A DNA stretch of 63,347 bases from an uncultured Christensenella sp. GTDB lineage: Bacteria; Bacillota; Clostridia; Christensenellales; UBA1242. Shown in pieces: positions 39,295 to 51,569 of the stretch. The translations under genes and the position numbers were made by a program. The notes beneath the pieces were generated by a model. It saw nothing but the letters and a program-made list of their open reading frames with translations. It did not search any database and had not been told where the DNA came from. Within the stretch, counting starts at the first letter, position 1; the number at the start of each line of letters is the position of its first letter. The DNA lies in the NCBI GenBank assembly GCA_964554475.1, contig CAZKOT010000001.1:1-63347 (forward strand), given 5' to 3'.

Positions 39295-40488
39295 CTATGC
39301 GTTAATATCTATAACGTCTTCAATAACTTCAACTCCGGGTAAAATCTCACCTTCTAAAAGCTTTAAACTTGCTCCGCCTCCAGTTGAAATATGTGAAATT
39401 TTATCCGCTTTACCAATTGAATTGATTGCAGCAATTGAATCACCGCCGCCAATTATTGTGGTTCCTTTAACTTTTGCAACTTGATTTGCAACCTTTTTTG
39501 TTCCTTTAATGTAATTTTCAAATTCAAAAACACCAAGTGGTCCATTCCAAACAACTGTTTTTGCTTTTTTAATTTCCTTAATAAAACGTTTTACTGTTGC
39601 AGGTCCAATGTCCAATCCCATTAAGTCAGGGGGAATATCTCCCTTAATTCTTTTTGAAGGTGCAGTAGGACTAAAAACCGCTGCACAAAGATGGTCTGTT
39701 GGCAACAAAATTTCAACCTCTTGTTTTTCTGCTTCATCAAGAATTTGTTTTGCAAGTGTTAATTTATCATTATCAACAAGTGATTGTCCCACGCCATAAC
39801 CCTTTGCACTTAAAAAGGTGTAAGCCATTCCTCCACCCAAACAAATTTTGTCAACAGTTTTGAGTAAATTCAAAACAACATAAATTTTATCTGAAACTTT
39901 AGCTCCACCCATAATTGCAATAAATGGTCTTTGAGGATTAGATAAAGTTGAAAGAATGGTGTTAACTTCTTTTGCCATTAAATAACCCACTGCATTAGGA
40001 AGCAATTTTGCAACACCAACAATTGAAGCATGTGCACGGTGTGCTGTTCCAAATGCATCATTGACATATATATCAGCAAGTGATGCAAGTTGTTTTGCAA
40101 AAATCGGGTCGTTATTTTCTTCACCTTTAACAAATCTAAGATTTTCAAGAAGCAAAATTTCTCCAACGTTAAGATTTTTTGCTTTTTCAATTGCATCTGG
40201 ACCAACAATATCTTTTGCGAAAAAAACTTTGTTAATCATTAGATTAATTAATCTTTTAGCAACAGGAATAAGAGAATACTTCATATTAAATTCGCCATTA
40301 GGTCTACCCAAATGAGAACAAATAATTAATCTTGCCCCTTTTGATAAGAGATATTTAATTGTGGGCAATTCACTAACTATACGAGTATCATCTGTTATAT
40401 TTCCACTGTCATCAAGGGGAACGTTAAAATCCACTCGAAGAAGCACTCTTTTACCTTTTACATCTATTTGTTCAATTGTTCGTTTCAT
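39295..40488 (-). CDS. pgk: Phosphoglycerate kinase
   Basis: 397 aa. It has 'VLLRVDFNVPL', 'LSKGARLIICSHLGRP', 'IGGGDS' and 'STGGGASL'. It sits immediately upstream of tpiA, as in Bacillus. Confidence 0.92.
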   Translation of the reverse strand: MKRTIEQIDVKGKRVLLRVDFNVPLDDSGNITDDTRIVSELPTIKYLLSKGARLIICSHLGRPNGEFNMKYSLIPVAKRLINLMINKVFFAKDIVGPDAIEKAKNLNVGEILLLENLRFVKGEENNDPIFAKQLASLADIYVNDAFGTAHRAHASIVGVAKLLPNAVGYLMAKEVNTILSTLSNPQRPFIAIMGGAKVSDKIYVVLNLLKTVDKICLGGGMAYTFLSAKGYGVGQSLVDNDKLTLAKQILDEAEKQEVEILLPTDHLCAAVFSPTAPSKRIKGDIPPDLMGLDIGPATVKRFIKEIKKAKTVVWNGPLGVFEFENYIKGTKKVANQVAKVKGTTIIGGGDSIAAINSIGKADKISHISTGGGASLKLLEGEILPGVEVIEDVIDINA

Positions 40489-40767
40489 AAGTTTTTTCCA
40501 TCCTTTTATCTATTATTTATTTTATCACAAAGATTAATTTTCAAACAAACAGTTTTGCGTGAAAAATTATTAAAATTTAAGGTTGGAAATTATGAATTTA
40601 GATTAATATCGAATATACTTGAGAAAAAAAACTCAATTTAGATTTTTTATATTTTGTCTTTATTAATTTATTTGATTTGTCTTTCCAAAGTTTCTTTTAA
40701 AAAAAATCTACAACGTCTAAATCTTGCTTTTTTTTAATTAGTCAATCGTAAGTCGTAAGCTTCCACC

Positions 40768-41790
40768 TCATTTTTTTTGTATTTTATTATTTTTTAAAAA
40801 TGCTTCCAGTTTTTCAACCATAAAATCTAAATCATCCATATGACAAATTTCAAGTTTTAATGTGGGAGCATTATAACCTTTTAAATACCACAAAAAATGT
40901 TTTCTCAGGTGTAAATTAAGAAACTTATCATCATATTTTGTTCTTAAAAGTCTAACATGCTCATTCAAGCAATTAATAAGAAGATTGCTTTGCTCATTAA
41001 CTTTAATTTGTTTTTTTTCACTTTTTAAAATTGAAAAAATCCATGGTTTTCCAAGCGCACCACGAGCAAGTGAAACTCCATCAACTTTTGTTTCAAGCAT
41101 TTTTTTATAACTAACTTCATCTACAATATCACCATTGCCAATAACAGGAATTTTTGTTGAGGTCTTAATTTTTGCAATTTCTTCATAATTTACTTTTCCA
41201 CTATACATTTGTTGCCGAACTCTTCCATGAACCGTTAACAAACTGGCACCTGCATCTTCACAGGCACGTGCCACTTCACAGCCATTAATGCTTTTTTCAT
41301 CAATACCAATGCGAATTTTTGCAGTAATAGGTTTTTTTGTTGCTCGAACGCAAGATGAAATAATTTTATAAATTTTATAAGGGTTTTTTAACAAAGCACT
41401 ACCCTCACCATTATTAAAAATTTTTGGAGCAGGGCAACCGAAATTTAAATCAAAAAAATCAAAATTTGAAAGCGCTTCAAGTTTTAAAACTTTTTCATAA
41501 TCACTTTCATCATTTCCAAAAAGTTGAACTGCGGAGGGTTTTTCTTCGGGTAAACAAAAAAGCATATTCTCGGTCTTTTTGTTTTTATGCAATAGGGCCT
41601 TAACACTAATCATCTCAGTGTAAGAAAGATCTGCCCCAAATTTTCGGCAAATTGCACGAAAAGCAAAATCACCAACACCTGCCATAGGAGATAAAAAAAT
41701 AGGATTTTTAAAAATAGATTTACCAATTTTAATCATGAAATTATTATATATTAAACACAAAAAAATAACAAAATTAAAAACGTATATCAA
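40768..41790 (-). CDS. dus: tRNA-dihydrouridine synthase (DusB-like)
   Basis: It has 'IFLSPMAGVGDFAFRAIC', 'GADLSYTEMISVKAL', 'VQLFGND' and 'DLNFGCP'. The true start may be the internal 'MIKIGKS' (ATG near 41736) rather than the TTG at 41790. Confidence 0.8.
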   Translation of the reverse strand: MIYVFNFVIFLCLIYNNFMIKIGKSIFKNPIFLSPMAGVGDFAFRAICRKFGADLSYTEMISVKALLHKNKKTENMLFCLPEEKPSAVQLFGNDESDYEKVLKLEALSNFDFFDLNFGCPAPKIFNNGEGSALLKNPYKIYKIISSCVRATKKPITAKIRIGIDEKSINGCEVARACEDAGASLLTVHGRVRQQMYSGKVNYEEIAKIKTSTKIPVIGNGDIVDEVSYKKMLETKVDGVSLARGALGKPWIFSILKSEKKQIKVNEQSNLLINCLNEHVRLLRTKYDDKFLNLHLRKHFLWYLKGYNAPTLKLEICHMDDLDFMVEKLEAFLKNNKIQKK

Positions 41791-41958
41791 CTATTTGCCC
41801 TTTCTCAATTTTTTTATAAAAAGTATAAAGTTTATAAACAATCATTCTCGCAAGAAAATTGCTATCTTTAAAATTATGCTAAAAAAATATCTGTTGACCT
41901 AGTTTTAATAATGCATTATAATTTTTAAATCTAAGAATAATTTCAAAGGAGAAAACTT

Positions 41959-42555
41959 ATGGCAGAATTATTTAAATATTATTATGACGGTTTAAGATTG
42001 ACAGAAAAAGATTCTTTTTTTAAACTTGACAAAAATTTGGCAAGTTTAATAATTACAAATTTGAATCAAGAAAGTTTGGGGAATTGCGTATGCTATTGCT
42101 GTTCAAATTTGGAAAATGTGGTTTTTCCCAAAAATTTAAAAAACGTTAAATTTGGAGCATTTTATGGTTGCGAATCATTAAAAGTGGCATTTTTCCAAGA
42201 TGAATTAAAAGTTATTGGCGATTCTTCTTTTAAATTTTCTGGTTTAGAAATCCTAATTATACCTGAAAACATCTCAAGCATTGGAGAATCTGCGTTTCAT
42301 GGCACACCACTTAAAATAATTGTTTTTGGAAATCACATTATTGATGTTTCAAAAGTGAATGACAAGAGAAAAATTACACTCGCTTACTTAAAAGAAAAAA
42401 CAAAAACGGCCCCGAAACTTTCACTTGATGAACTAAATTTAATTAATGATGCAAAGAAAGAATATTCTGAAAATCAAGAAAATAGTGTTAAAAAATTTGT
42501 TAACATATTAAAAAACTATAAAAATAAATCTTTAAATAATTCAAAAGAATTTTAG
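41959..42555 (+). CDS. Small BspA-type leucine-rich-repeat protein
   Basis: 198 aa. It has the repeat units 'NLENVVFPKNLKNVKFGAFYGCESLKV' and 'LIIPENISSIGESAFHGTPLKIIVFGN'. Confidence 0.45.
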   Translation: MAELFKYYYDGLRLTEKDSFFKLDKNLASLIITNLNQESLGNCVCYCCSNLENVVFPKNLKNVKFGAFYGCESLKVAFFQDELKVIGDSSFKFSGLEILIIPENISSIGESAFHGTPLKIIVFGNHIIDVSKVNDKRKITLAYLKEKTKTAPKLSLDELNLINDAKKEYSENQENSVKKFVNILKNYKNKSLNNSKEF

Positions 42556-42564
42556 GAGCGTAAA

Positions 42565-42966
42565 ATGGAAAGGTTAAACCATCGAGAAATTTTATCGCAA
42601 ATTATTTTTGACGGAAAATCAATTCCAGAAGAAAGCGAAGTAATTGCTGATGGAAAAATTTTAATTATTCCCACTTCAATTGATTTTAATTATTCGAAAA
42701 AGAAATCTTTTCAAGAATGGAAAAAAATTAAACTGATTATTTTTAATGATAGAATTATCAATGTCGAAAATAATCGCAAATCCTATTTGATGCTTGAATA
42801 TTTTTTCGAAAGAATTAAAACTTCTCCAAAAATATCAAATTCGAAAATAAAAAAAATTCTTAATTTTATTAAAAATTTCCAAATAGAAAAAAGTAAGTTG
42901 GAAAAATTTGTTTCAAGGTTAGTTAACATAACAAAAGAATACGAAATGAAAATTATAATGAATTAA
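42565..42966 (+). CDS. Hypothetical protein, possibly a degenerate LRR-like protein co-transcribed with 41959..42555
   Basis: 133 aa. It follows the previous stop by 9 nt. 'GKILIIPTSIDF' is a weak LRR-like unit. Confidence 0.3.
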   Translation: MERLNHREILSQIIFDGKSIPEESEVIADGKILIIPTSIDFNYSKKKSFQEWKKIKLIIFNDRIINVENNRKSYLMLEYFFERIKTSPKISNSKIKKILNFIKNFQIEKSKLEKFVSRLVNITKEYEMKIIMN

Positions 42967-42973
42967 TTAAATT

Positions 42974-44569
42974 TTACGTTGACTTTTCCAAATTGTTTTT
43001 TTGCAATTTAAAATCTTTAAAATTCAAAATCCTAAAGACAAATAAAACTCCAAAATAAAAGATAACAGCCACTGAAACACAAAGTAAGCTTGAAAAAACA
43101 TCATTATAATTTTTCATTAAATTTTTAATGCCCAAAACAAGTAATCCCATTAAACAAGTTGCAATTAAGGGAATTAAAATATCTTTTAAATTCATTTCAA
43201 TGCCAATTTTTTGTTTTAAAAAAAACATATTTAAAACACACAAAAAACAGAAAGAAAAAACATTTGCAAGTGCCAAACCCACAATAGCAAATTTTGGAAC
43301 TAAAACAAAAACTAAAACAACATTAACAACAAACAATAAAATCAAATTTAAAAGTACTTTAAATTCTTGCCGTAAACACTGAAGTATAACGGTAGAAATT
43401 TGAGCAAGTGAAGTGAATAAAATTGAAAGGGACGAAACTTGCATCAACTCGACCGAAAGGTCAAAAAATTCAAATGGAATTACTTTTGAAAAAGCAATAT
43501 TTAAAATGTTGGGTGCTAAAAGTAAAATGCCAACAACGCAAGGAAGGGTTAGAATCCATATCGTTTTAAAACATTTTCTAATAATATTTTTTGCCGAAGC
43601 AAAATTATTTTTTGCAACATGAAAACTTAATGAAGGAATTAAAATAATAGCAAGAGCGGTTGAAAAAATTGTGGGGAAATTAATTATTGAACCAACAATA
43701 CCGGTTTCAATTCCAAATAAAGTTGTCGCAATTTCTTGACTAAATCCGCTTTTATTCAAAAGTTTTACAACACTAAATCCCTGAAATGCACTCATAAGGG
43801 GAATAAAAAGTGATGATAGAGTAAGAGTTAAAGTGAATTTTAGCATACCTCTTATTTCACCTTTGCTTTCATTTTTTGAATTGTTAAAAATTTTTTGATT
43901 ATTATTAAAGAGTTTTTCTTTATTATTTCCCGCTTCCCTTAACTCTTTACTTCTAAAAGTGTAAATGATGAGAAATAAAAAAGAAATTATTTCCGAAATT
44001 GCAAGGCCTAAAAATGCACCAAAAATTCCCCACTCTAAACCTTTTTTTGCAAATTCTGCTGATAAAAAAAGTCCAAAAAAAAGTTTAAAAATTACCTCTA
44101 AAACTTGAGAAAAAAAAGTCGGGAACATATTTTCGTATCCTTGAAAAAGTCCTCGAAATGCAACAATCAAACACGAAAAAAATATTGTCGGTGCAAGAGC
44201 ATAATAACTCCTATAAATAGTTTCTTCTCCCTGAAAGATTGCAAGACGTTTTGCAAAAAGTAAAAATGAAATTGCAAAAAGTGCTCCTATCAAAAAACAT
44301 GCAAAAAAACCTATTAAAAAAAATCTTTTAATTTTTTGCTCTTGGTTATATGCTCTTGCAGAAGCAATGTATTTTGCCATTGCAGTTGGTAATCCCCCAC
44401 TAACAAAAACAAGAAGAAAGGAGTAAACTGGAAAGAGTATTTGATAAATTCCAATACCATTTGCTCCCAAAATGTTTGCAAGAGGAATTTTATAAAAAGC
44501 ACCAGCAAACTTACAAATAAATCCTCCTAAGGTTAAGAGAAAAGCATTTTTGAAAAATTGTTTTTTCAT
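42974..44569 (-). CDS. MOP-superfamily flippase (SpoVB / MurJ / polysaccharide-biosynthesis-protein family)
   Basis: 531 aa with about 14 TM helices. The N-terminus 'FLLTLGGFICKFAGAFYKIPLANILGANGIGIYQILFPVYSFLLVFVSGGLPTAMAKYIA' matches the SpoVB/Wzx signature region. Confidence 0.6.
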   Translation of the reverse strand: MKKQFFKNAFLLTLGGFICKFAGAFYKIPLANILGANGIGIYQILFPVYSFLLVFVSGGLPTAMAKYIASARAYNQEQKIKRFFLIGFFACFLIGALFAISFLLFAKRLAIFQGEETIYRSYYALAPTIFFSCLIVAFRGLFQGYENMFPTFFSQVLEVIFKLFFGLFLSAEFAKKGLEWGIFGAFLGLAISEIISFLFLIIYTFRSKELREAGNNKEKLFNNNQKIFNNSKNESKGEIRGMLKFTLTLTLSSLFIPLMSAFQGFSVVKLLNKSGFSQEIATTLFGIETGIVGSIINFPTIFSTALAIILIPSLSFHVAKNNFASAKNIIRKCFKTIWILTLPCVVGILLLAPNILNIAFSKVIPFEFFDLSVELMQVSSLSILFTSLAQISTVILQCLRQEFKVLLNLILLFVVNVVLVFVLVPKFAIVGLALANVFSFCFLCVLNMFFLKQKIGIEMNLKDILIPLIATCLMGLLVLGIKNLMKNYNDVFSSLLCVSVAVIFYFGVLFVFRILNFKDFKLQKNNLEKST

Positions 44570-44732
44570 AAATTTAGTATTTGTTAAAAAAAAAGAAATA
44601 TTTTAAATTTTTTTTATGTAAAAATTTTCAGTTTAATAAATGATAAAAGAAAATACTGACTAAAAATTCTTTCAATGCAACGCTCAAGGTTTACCAAATC
44701 GTCTCTTTTTAAGTCTTTTTTCAATTTACCTA

Positions 44733-44761
44733 TTGACAAGTAAAAAAATGAATATTATAAT
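44733..44761 (+). promoter_or_regulatory. Consensus sigma-A promoter (TTGACA, 17 nt, TATAAT)
   Basis: Perfect -35 and -10 hexamers with a 17-nt spacer, 35 nt upstream of the AGGAGG/ATG at 44796. Confidence 0.5.
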
Positions 44762-44795
44762 ATACACATTTTAACCAAGAAGGAGGAATACTTTT

Positions 44796-45068
44796 ATGAC
44801 AAAACGTGATGAAGATGTGATCATTTCAAAAGAAACACTTAGACGTCAATTAAATGCTTACAGAAGAAAAGTGAAAGCATGTGAAAAAATTGTTAAAAAT
44901 TTTGCGGAGGACCCCACTTTTATTCTTTCTGCATCTGATTTAAGCATTTTTAATCCTGACACATTTGATTTAAAAGAACTTGCACATATTGATTTCAACA
45001 ATAACTCAGAAGAATCTTTTGAACCAAAAAATGAAATAGGTAGCAATTTGTTTGAACTAAATTTGTAA
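44796..45068 (+). CDS. Hypothetical small protein
   Basis: 90 aa. It has a strong promoter and RBS and is followed by a terminator. No domain was recognised. Confidence 0.45.
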   Translation: MTKRDEDVIISKETLRRQLNAYRRKVKACEKIVKNFAEDPTFILSASDLSIFNPDTFDLKELAHIDFNNNSEESFEPKNEIGSNLFELNL

Positions 45069-45088
45069 AAGACAACCAAAATAATTAA

Positions 45089-45123
45089 TTCGCTCAAACC
45101 TTTCGTTTTGAGCGAATTTTTTT
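45089..45123 (+). terminator. Rho-independent terminator
   Basis: 'ttcgctcaaa' / cctttcg / 'tttgagcgaa' followed by T7. Confidence 0.55.
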
Positions 45124-45276
45124 GTTATAATTAAAATAAAAATTTTTTTATTCATTCTTTATCCTAAAAAATTCAACCTTTTTCTAAAAATAGAAATAAT
45201 CTTTCAAATTTCATATATGTCCTAAAAAACCCAACTTGTTAAACTATGCATATCACAAAAAAAGAGGTAATAAAAA

Positions 45277-45711
45277 ATGACAACAAATTCAGTAAAAATT
45301 AATCCAGTATTAAAAGGCAACCCAATAATAAGCGCTTTGCAAGCAAACAAACTTATTAAGTTTTTTGAGACAAAAAAAAATTGGAAACTTCCAAGTAATA
45401 TGGAAGAAGGAATAAATCAACTTGAGGAGCACTATTTTTTTAAAGAGCACTCTTTAAAAGTTCATTTAATTAGAAATAAATTTGTAGAAAATAATGAAAC
45501 TGAGATTGCTTGTAAATATGCTGATATATTAGATTTTTTAGCTTACACTGTAAAACGAACAGGTTTTTGCAAAATTTTATGGAAACAAATTTACGAATTA
45601 ACAGGTCCCGAAATTTGCGAGCTTATGAAAACAAAATTTTTAGAGGCAAAGCATAAATGCTCAAAAGCAGTAAAAAAATGTGAAGAAATTCTCACTGAAC
45701 ATGAGTTTTAA
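45277..45711 (+). CDS. Hypothetical protein
   Basis: 144 aa. An AGAGGT RBS precedes it. No domain was recognised. Confidence 0.4.
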   Translation: MTTNSVKINPVLKGNPIISALQANKLIKFFETKKNWKLPSNMEEGINQLEEHYFFKEHSLKVHLIRNKFVENNETEIACKYADILDFLAYTVKRTGFCKILWKQIYELTGPEICELMKTKFLEAKHKCSKAVKKCEEILTEHEF

Positions 45712-45822
45712 CTAACTATTTAAATATTAGTTTAAAAATTTATTTGCTTTTTCAGAGCTTATCTGCTTTGAATTTTTTACAAACTTTATCACAAAAAGCA
45801 GAAGTAATTTCGTCTAAATTCT

Positions 45823-46617
45823 TTATAAATTTAAACTTGCTACAAGTTCTCTATTTAAAATTATTGCTTGAATATAAGCATATTTTAACTGTGAAGAAAA
45901 AATACTACTTTGTTCACTTGCTTCAGAAATTAGTTTTTCAGTCATTGCTTCAAGTTCTATTATTTTTGTTCTAATTTTAATTATTTCATTGTTTAATTTA
46001 TTATTAAAAGAATTATCAAATGATTTTTTAATTTCATCAATATAATTTCTTTCTTCATTTACCAAAAGTTTACATTCCGTAAGTGATTTTATTGATGTGT
46101 CAAGTTCAATTGAAATATTATAAAGCTTTTTGAAAATTTCTTTGAAAAGGTTAATTGAATTTGTCATTGTGATTTTTTCAGCAGATGAAAAATTCATATC
46201 GATTTTAATTTCGCCAATATCTATTTCAACAATTTCAGAATCAATTTTGTCATCACCTAATTTATCACGAACTTTAATAGCATCGTTTTCGTTTTCATAA
46301 GCGCTTGCTAAGATATAATACTGCTCTTCCTTTTTAAAAACGAAGCCGGCGCCACCTTTTTGTTTTATTTCCAAAGCAAAGTTGTCAGCACTTTCTTTTG
46401 AAAGCGTTTTATTAAGCGAAATTGCGTAAATTTTGTAAGAGGAAGATTTTGAACCTGTTGCATTTAAAAAAGCAAAATCTCCCAAAGTTAAAACACTTGA
46501 AAAAAGATCTGCCAAAACAAAAATTAATGCTAAAGAAACACAAATGGTTATTATGCCAAATATACCCATGCTTTTTGACACACCAACCTTGACACTCATT
46601 AAGTTCTCCTTTAACAT
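45823..46617 (-). CDS. Membrane-anchored protein with a SPOR-like (sporulation-related repeat) peptidoglycan-binding domain
   Basis: 264 aa. The TM helix is 'MGIFGIITICVSLALIFVLA'. 'YKIYAISLNKTLSKESADNFALEIKQKGGAGFVFKKEEQYYILASAYENENDAIKVRDKL' fits the SPOR fold pattern. Confidence 0.4.
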   Translation of the reverse strand: MLKENLMSVKVGVSKSMGIFGIITICVSLALIFVLADLFSSVLTLGDFAFLNATGSKSSSYKIYAISLNKTLSKESADNFALEIKQKGGAGFVFKKEEQYYILASAYENENDAIKVRDKLGDDKIDSEIVEIDIGEIKIDMNFSSAEKITMTNSINLFKEIFKKLYNISIELDTSIKSLTECKLLVNEERNYIDEIKKSFDNSFNNKLNNEIIKIRTKIIELEAMTEKLISEASEQSSIFSSQLKYAYIQAIILNRELVASLNL

Positions 46618-46768
46618 ATTTCTATGCTAATCATTAAAAGTAAATGATTATTTTAAGATTTTTTGAAAATTAAAAAATTTCAAAAACATAAAAATTATAT
46701 TTGTCTCGTTGACCTTTCTAAAAATATTTTGTTTCGACAAACAAATCAAATTAAACTGTTTAAAATTT

Positions 46769-46797
46769 TTGACAAGAAAATTTTAAATGACTATAAT
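46769..46797 (+). promoter_or_regulatory. Consensus sigma-A promoter upstream of groES (TTGACA, 17 nt, TATAAT). No CIRCE element.
   Basis: Perfect hexamers. The resulting leader before groES is about 180 nt. I could not find TTAGCACTC-N9-GAGTGCTAA anywhere in 46618-46975. Confidence 0.45.
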
Positions 46798-46975
46798 TTT
46801 TATTATATATGGAAAAGTGGGAGAAAAAAAATAGAAAGAAAAGTTGAAATTTAATAATTTGTTATTAATATAAAAAATTAATTTATTTTATTTAAAAAAC
46901 AAAATTTAATTATAACTCAACTTTCCTACTTTTTATATTCTACTTTTTACTTAATTTTATAATGGAGGAAAAAAA

Positions 46976-48890
<1,915 letters not shown>

Positions 48891-48930
48891 CACGCAAATG
48901 ATTATTCAATTAAAACAAAAAAATATTAAA

Positions 48931-48958
48931 GTCGTAGAAAATTATCTACGACTTTTTT
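48931..48958 (+). terminator. Rho-independent terminator after groEL
   Basis: 'gtcgtaga' / aaatta / 'tctacgac' followed by T6. Confidence 0.6.
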
Positions 48959-49054
48959 AATTGCAAAATTTTATATTAATCATATTTTGGGGTATTGTCT
49001 TTGATTGTATGGTTTAATTTTTTTTCTTTAATCTTAATAAAATTAATAAGTAAA

Positions 49055-49783
49055 TCAGTTTTCTTTTTTCTCTTCTCTAACATAAATTTTATAAAGCTCT
49101 AATGCTCTTTGTCTAAAAATTTCAGCAATTTCTTTCATATCTTTTTTTTCTGCAAGCATTTTGTTAATGTAAAGAGGCTTATCAATAATCATTTTATTTG
49201 TTTTTTTAGAAAAATAAACATTGTAAATAGGAACGTCAATTTTTGATTTTTTAAAATATAATTTTGAAAGTGACGCAAAACCCTGAAAATACTCAATAGG
49301 CATGTCAAAATAACCATGTGAAGAATCTTCGGGATAAATTAATATACTAATATTTTCATCAAGAACTTTGAAACTTTTGGAAAAGGTTGAAAAAATTCGA
49401 TTATCTTTATAAGTTGAAATCAAACCTACAGAACGATAAAGCATTTTTGAAAATAGCGCAAAAAGGGTGGCAACAATAAAAGATTTAAATTTTCCCAAAT
49501 GAAGTTTTTGCTGATAAAATACATAATAAAGATATTTCCAGCGATCACGATAACCTCCATTCATTTCATATGTACCCCAAGGAATATAATATTTCGGGAA
49601 AAACAACTCGTAAGTCATAGGTCCTTTTGCTGCGCTGTGATTTGCAATGATAATTGACCTGTCGGCAATTTCTTTATTTTTGTCAAGATAAATAAATGTT
49701 GGCTTTTTTTTAAATAACCTAACAATTTTTTTTAAAAAATTAAAAAACCAGTTTCTTTTTTTCTTTACCTTGTATTTTTCCAT
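49055..49783 (-). CDS. PlsC-family lysophospholipid acyltransferase-like protein
   Basis: 242 aa. It has 'IIIANHSAAKGP' (the HX4D-region analogue) and 'LIYPEDS' (the FPEGT-block analogue). The fit is moderate. Confidence 0.4.
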   Translation of the reverse strand: MEKYKVKKKRNWFFNFLKKIVRLFKKKPTFIYLDKNKEIADRSIIIANHSAAKGPMTYELFFPKYYIPWGTYEMNGGYRDRWKYLYYVFYQQKLHLGKFKSFIVATLFALFSKMLYRSVGLISTYKDNRIFSTFSKSFKVLDENISILIYPEDSSHGYFDMPIEYFQGFASLSKLYFKKSKIDVPIYNVYFSKKTNKMIIDKPLYINKMLAEKKDMKEIAEIFRQRALELYKIYVREEKKEN

Positions 49784-50042
49784 ATTAATCCTTTTGATAA
49801 ATTTGTTTTTTTATAAGCCCTTTAAACTGATAAAGTTAGAAAGTAGCAAAGATTTTCTTCATCTTTTATAGAAGAAAAATTAATTCTTTTATAATAAGTT
49901 TAACATAAAAAGAAAATATTTACTAATTCCCTCACTATACTTTTTGCAATTTTTTAAAAAATTTTATGTTTTTTTAATTATAATTTTCCTTTTTAATTAG
50001 TTTTGGTAATTAAATCAAGAATTGCTATAATAATATTATTAA

Positions 50043-51182
50043 ATGAAAAAAGAAAAAATAAAAAATAAAAGAAGTCCTAAATACGTAAGAGTTCTAGCAA
50101 GTGTTATAGTTGGCATGATTTTTTTTACTATTACTTTTTCTCTCGTTGTTCTTTGGGGAACCGAAAGTATTTTTGAATTAATTAATACAGTTCAAAGTGT
50201 TGAAACTCGTCCGCTCGAAATTGGGATAGATGAAAATGATGGATATTATTATATTAAAAATGATAATGACGAAGAACCCATTAAAATTCTTCAATTAACA
50301 GACATACATCTAACATGCAGTATTATGACTCTTTGGCAGGACAAATTAGCGGTTGAAGCAGTTATTCAGATTGTCAACAACACAAAACCAGATTTAATTA
50401 TTCTAACCGGGGATTTAATTTATCCTTCAGTTTATTGTTTAAACAATGACTTGCAATCAAAAGCATTGGGAACTTTATTTGAATCATTTGAAATTCCTTG
50501 GGCTTTGGTTTACGGTAATCACGATGCTGAAAATTTTGCAACTCTTTCCAAAACACAACTTTCTAATTATTTTTCTTCTCTTGAGTTTTGCATGTTTCAA
50601 AGAGGACCAGAAAACATAACAGGTCAAGGAAATTACATAATAAAATTACTTGATGAAGCAGGAGAACTTACAAATGCTCTTGTATTGATGGACAGTAATG
50701 CTGCATTGGGTATTGCAAGATATGACAAAATTCATGATGACCAAGTAGAATGGTATAAAACCGAAATTGCAAAAATGAGAAATTCTTTAAATGAGATTGT
50801 CCCTTCTTATCTCTTTATTCACATTCCGCTTAACGAGTATGACGATGCATGGAAACTTTATGAAAGCGGAAGCACTGAAGTAACCTATTTCTTTGGAATT
50901 AAAGAATGGTGGAGAGTGGCAGCACCTCACGAACGTGGAAAAATGTTTAAGGCAATACTCGAAATGGGTAGTACAAAGGCAGTTTTTTGTGGCCATGACC
51001 ATTTAAATACTTTTTCAATTTCCTATAAAGCAATACGTTTAACTTATGGGATGAGCATTGATTATGTTGCAGATATAGGAATTTTTGGAAAAACAAAACA
51101 AAGAGGTGGAACACTTTTAGAAATTGAAAACGAAAATTTTGAAATAAAACAAGTTCCACAAGAAAATGGATTTAGACCTTGA
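50043..51182 (+). CDS. Membrane-anchored calcineurin-like metallophosphoesterase
   Basis: 379 aa. The N-terminal TM helix is followed by 'ILQLTDIHL', 'ILTGDLIY', 'VYGNHD' and 'FCGHDH' metal-binding motifs. Confidence 0.65.
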   Translation: MKKEKIKNKRSPKYVRVLASVIVGMIFFTITFSLVVLWGTESIFELINTVQSVETRPLEIGIDENDGYYYIKNDNDEEPIKILQLTDIHLTCSIMTLWQDKLAVEAVIQIVNNTKPDLIILTGDLIYPSVYCLNNDLQSKALGTLFESFEIPWALVYGNHDAENFATLSKTQLSNYFSSLEFCMFQRGPENITGQGNYIIKLLDEAGELTNALVLMDSNAALGIARYDKIHDDQVEWYKTEIAKMRNSLNEIVPSYLFIHIPLNEYDDAWKLYESGSTEVTYFFGIKEWWRVAAPHERGKMFKAILEMGSTKAVFCGHDHLNTFSISYKAIRLTYGMSIDYVADIGIFGKTKQRGGTLLEIENENFEIKQVPQENGFRP

Positions 51183-51251
51183 AAAAAAAATTAAAGTCTA
51201 CAATAAAATATGATTAAAAGAAAGAAAATTAATTTTTACTTTTCCGTTTTT

Positions 51252-51569
51252 TTACCTTCTAATATAAGTCATGCAATATGGTTTTTCGGCAATTGAATTA
51301 ACCGTAATACCGTTTGCAGTGCAATTTCCATTATTATTAAAAACACATGAGGCTTTGCAATCAATATCAATTTTCGCCATATCCCTCATGGGTGCATACT
51401 CGGGTGTTTTCTCGAACATAGTTTTGCTTGTATCAGGTGTTTTTTTGTCAGATTTTTCAAAAGTTGAACAAATAATATTTTTATTAACCAAAATATCTTT
51501 TGCTTGACAAGCAAATCTATCATTAAAAACACAATTTGTTTTTCTACATCTAATATCCATTTTATTCAA
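51252..51569 (-). CDS. DUF1540 domain protein (two Cys-rich repeats)
   Basis: 105 aa. Two copies of 'C.KT.CVFN....C.A..I.V......C.T' are present. DUF1540 is typical of endospore-forming Firmicutes. Confidence 0.55.
   Translation of the reverse strand: MNKMDIRCRKTNCVFNDRFACQAKDILVNKNIICSTFEKSDKKTPDTSKTMFEKTPEYAPMRDMAKIDIDCKASCVFNNNGNCTANGITVNSIAEKPYCMTYIRR

Noticed and set aside
5076-40760. Recurring 'cgtaagtcgtaa' 12-13-mer (5076 and 40748) and similar 'gtaagt' strings
   Set aside because: Tens of chance 13-mer matches are expected in 63 kb of AT-rich DNA on both strands. No consistent position or secondary structure was seen.
46690-46730. Possible CtsR operator near 'ttgacctttctaaaaatattttgtttcgac'
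   Set aside because: Only one good AGGTCAA heptad is present. The second heptad is 16 nt away instead of the 3-nt spacing CtsR requires.
50787-51507. Small ORFs 50787..51002, 50947..51159 (-) and 51271..51507 (+)
   Set aside because: They are antisense to the metallophosphoesterase and DUF1540 genes respectively.
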